From: Styela clava
Taxonomy: Eukaryota
NCBI RefSeq assembly: GCF_964204865.1
Contig: NC_135252.1
Location: 11,842,001 to 11,906,000, forward strand
Reading direction: 5' to 3'
DNA length: 64,000 bases
This document shows, in pieces, positions 63,008 to 64,000 of this stretch. Under the pieces are notes generated by a model. The model had not been told where the DNA came from and made no database searches. It saw only the letters and a list, made by a program, of their open reading frames with translations. Position numbers and translations under genes: made by a program. The number at the start of each line of letters is the position of its first letter. Within the stretch, counting starts at the first letter, position 1.

Positions 63008-64000
63008 CTGCGGGAGAAAGTAATTTCACAAGGACACGGACAAAGACACTAGAGAGCACATTTCCCAGGACAGCGAAACGAAGTGAAAACTGCGCCACGA
63101 CGGGATGGTAAGGAAGGCTAAGGTCGTCAGCAAATAACGAACATGATAGAGCACCGCGAGATTTGGCTTACCTATCCACACGTTACCGTAGATGACAACT
63201 CATGGAGAGAATCCAAAAATTGTGATCAAAAATGCTCTGGTCAACTTTCAACCGAAACTTCGAATACACCTTGGGCTCGAAATTATGGTGGCGGAATCCG
63301 GAATAAACACAAACCAGCCTTTATAATTTCTCACATAGAACAGAGAGAGACATCACATAGTGCTAGACTCGAAACTTTATTTATAAATGGTGTAATCTAT
63401 GTACAAAAATCTGACAAAACAGGCAGTAACAAAAATGGGGTTACTTAATATCCAAGTCAACAATAACAAAATAATTTTAATACCATTAGGCCTGATTATA
63501 TTGCAATATCCCCCCACTTTTAGAAGTTGCGGTAGGACGGTAAATTTTCCCACATAGTAACATTAATATAAGTACGATTTCGTTTCCAGGAATCGCAAAG
63601 TTAAAATTCGGATAATAATCAAGATATAAAAAGTCGCTTTCTTACATTCCCAGTAGAATCACTAAAAAAATTGGCGCTTAGGCACTGCTTTGTCAGAAAT
63701 ATAGTAAAAAAGGACACAAAAAATAGCAGTAAGGTGTAAAATCATAATTGTGCAACAATTCATACAAGCGTGTAGATAAAAAAAATAAGCAGAAAAATAT
63801 CGAGAACATGAGAGCAGCGAATAACATTCGAAAGTACTACATAAAAAGCGCTAATTTTGACGAGGCTGGCACATACACCAAAAGGTAGTATTACTGGTAT
63901 TGAAATTGGTGTGTGAATAAATCGAATAGGAAGGCGTTCACGACAAAGCACCATTAAAAGTTCACTTTTGACTCCATGGGAATCTTAAAATAAATCACAT

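Noticed and set aside
61025-63098. Calling the gene PCSK5 or RSPO, or using the GTG at 63098 as start
   Set aside because: No catalytic or TSP1 domain seen; a strong acceptor at 63008 indicates the ORF's first 30 codons are intronic.

Overview
AT-rich animal genomic DNA with short GT-AG introns; a marine invertebrate such as a tunicate is plausible but is only inferred. Plus strand: the 3' part of a divergent FoxN1/4- or FoxR-like forkhead gene (1-3024) and an AIFM3-like Rieske/FAD oxidoreductase (4725-~9348). Minus strand: a secreted mucin with ~67 42-bp repeats plus two TIL domains and an antistasin-like module (10014-18265), a tandem array of seven three-finger (Ly6/uPAR-like) genes with GPI-type tails (20979-50511), and a furin-repeat type I membrane protein (61025-~63007, 5' end unresolved). 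The array was assembled by hand from split exons that the ORF track does not join. All seven share one intron-phase pattern and a non-canonical cysteine framework (C..C..C..C-x5-C-x4-C..C-x3-CC-x4-CN) that resembles activin/BMP type II receptor ectodomains more than classic Ly6. They sit on Ser/Thr stalks of ~5 to ~240 aa. The array shows birth-and-death signs: a ~6 kb segmental duplication, probable gene conversion, two collapsed chimeric mini-genes and a broken splice donor. Intergenic DNA holds many DNA transposons (hAT, Merlin-like, Tc2-like, Helentron-like, ISL2EU-like, and an Academ remnant nested in a hAT) and LINE remnants. Three single-base indel lesions in genes may be assembly errors.
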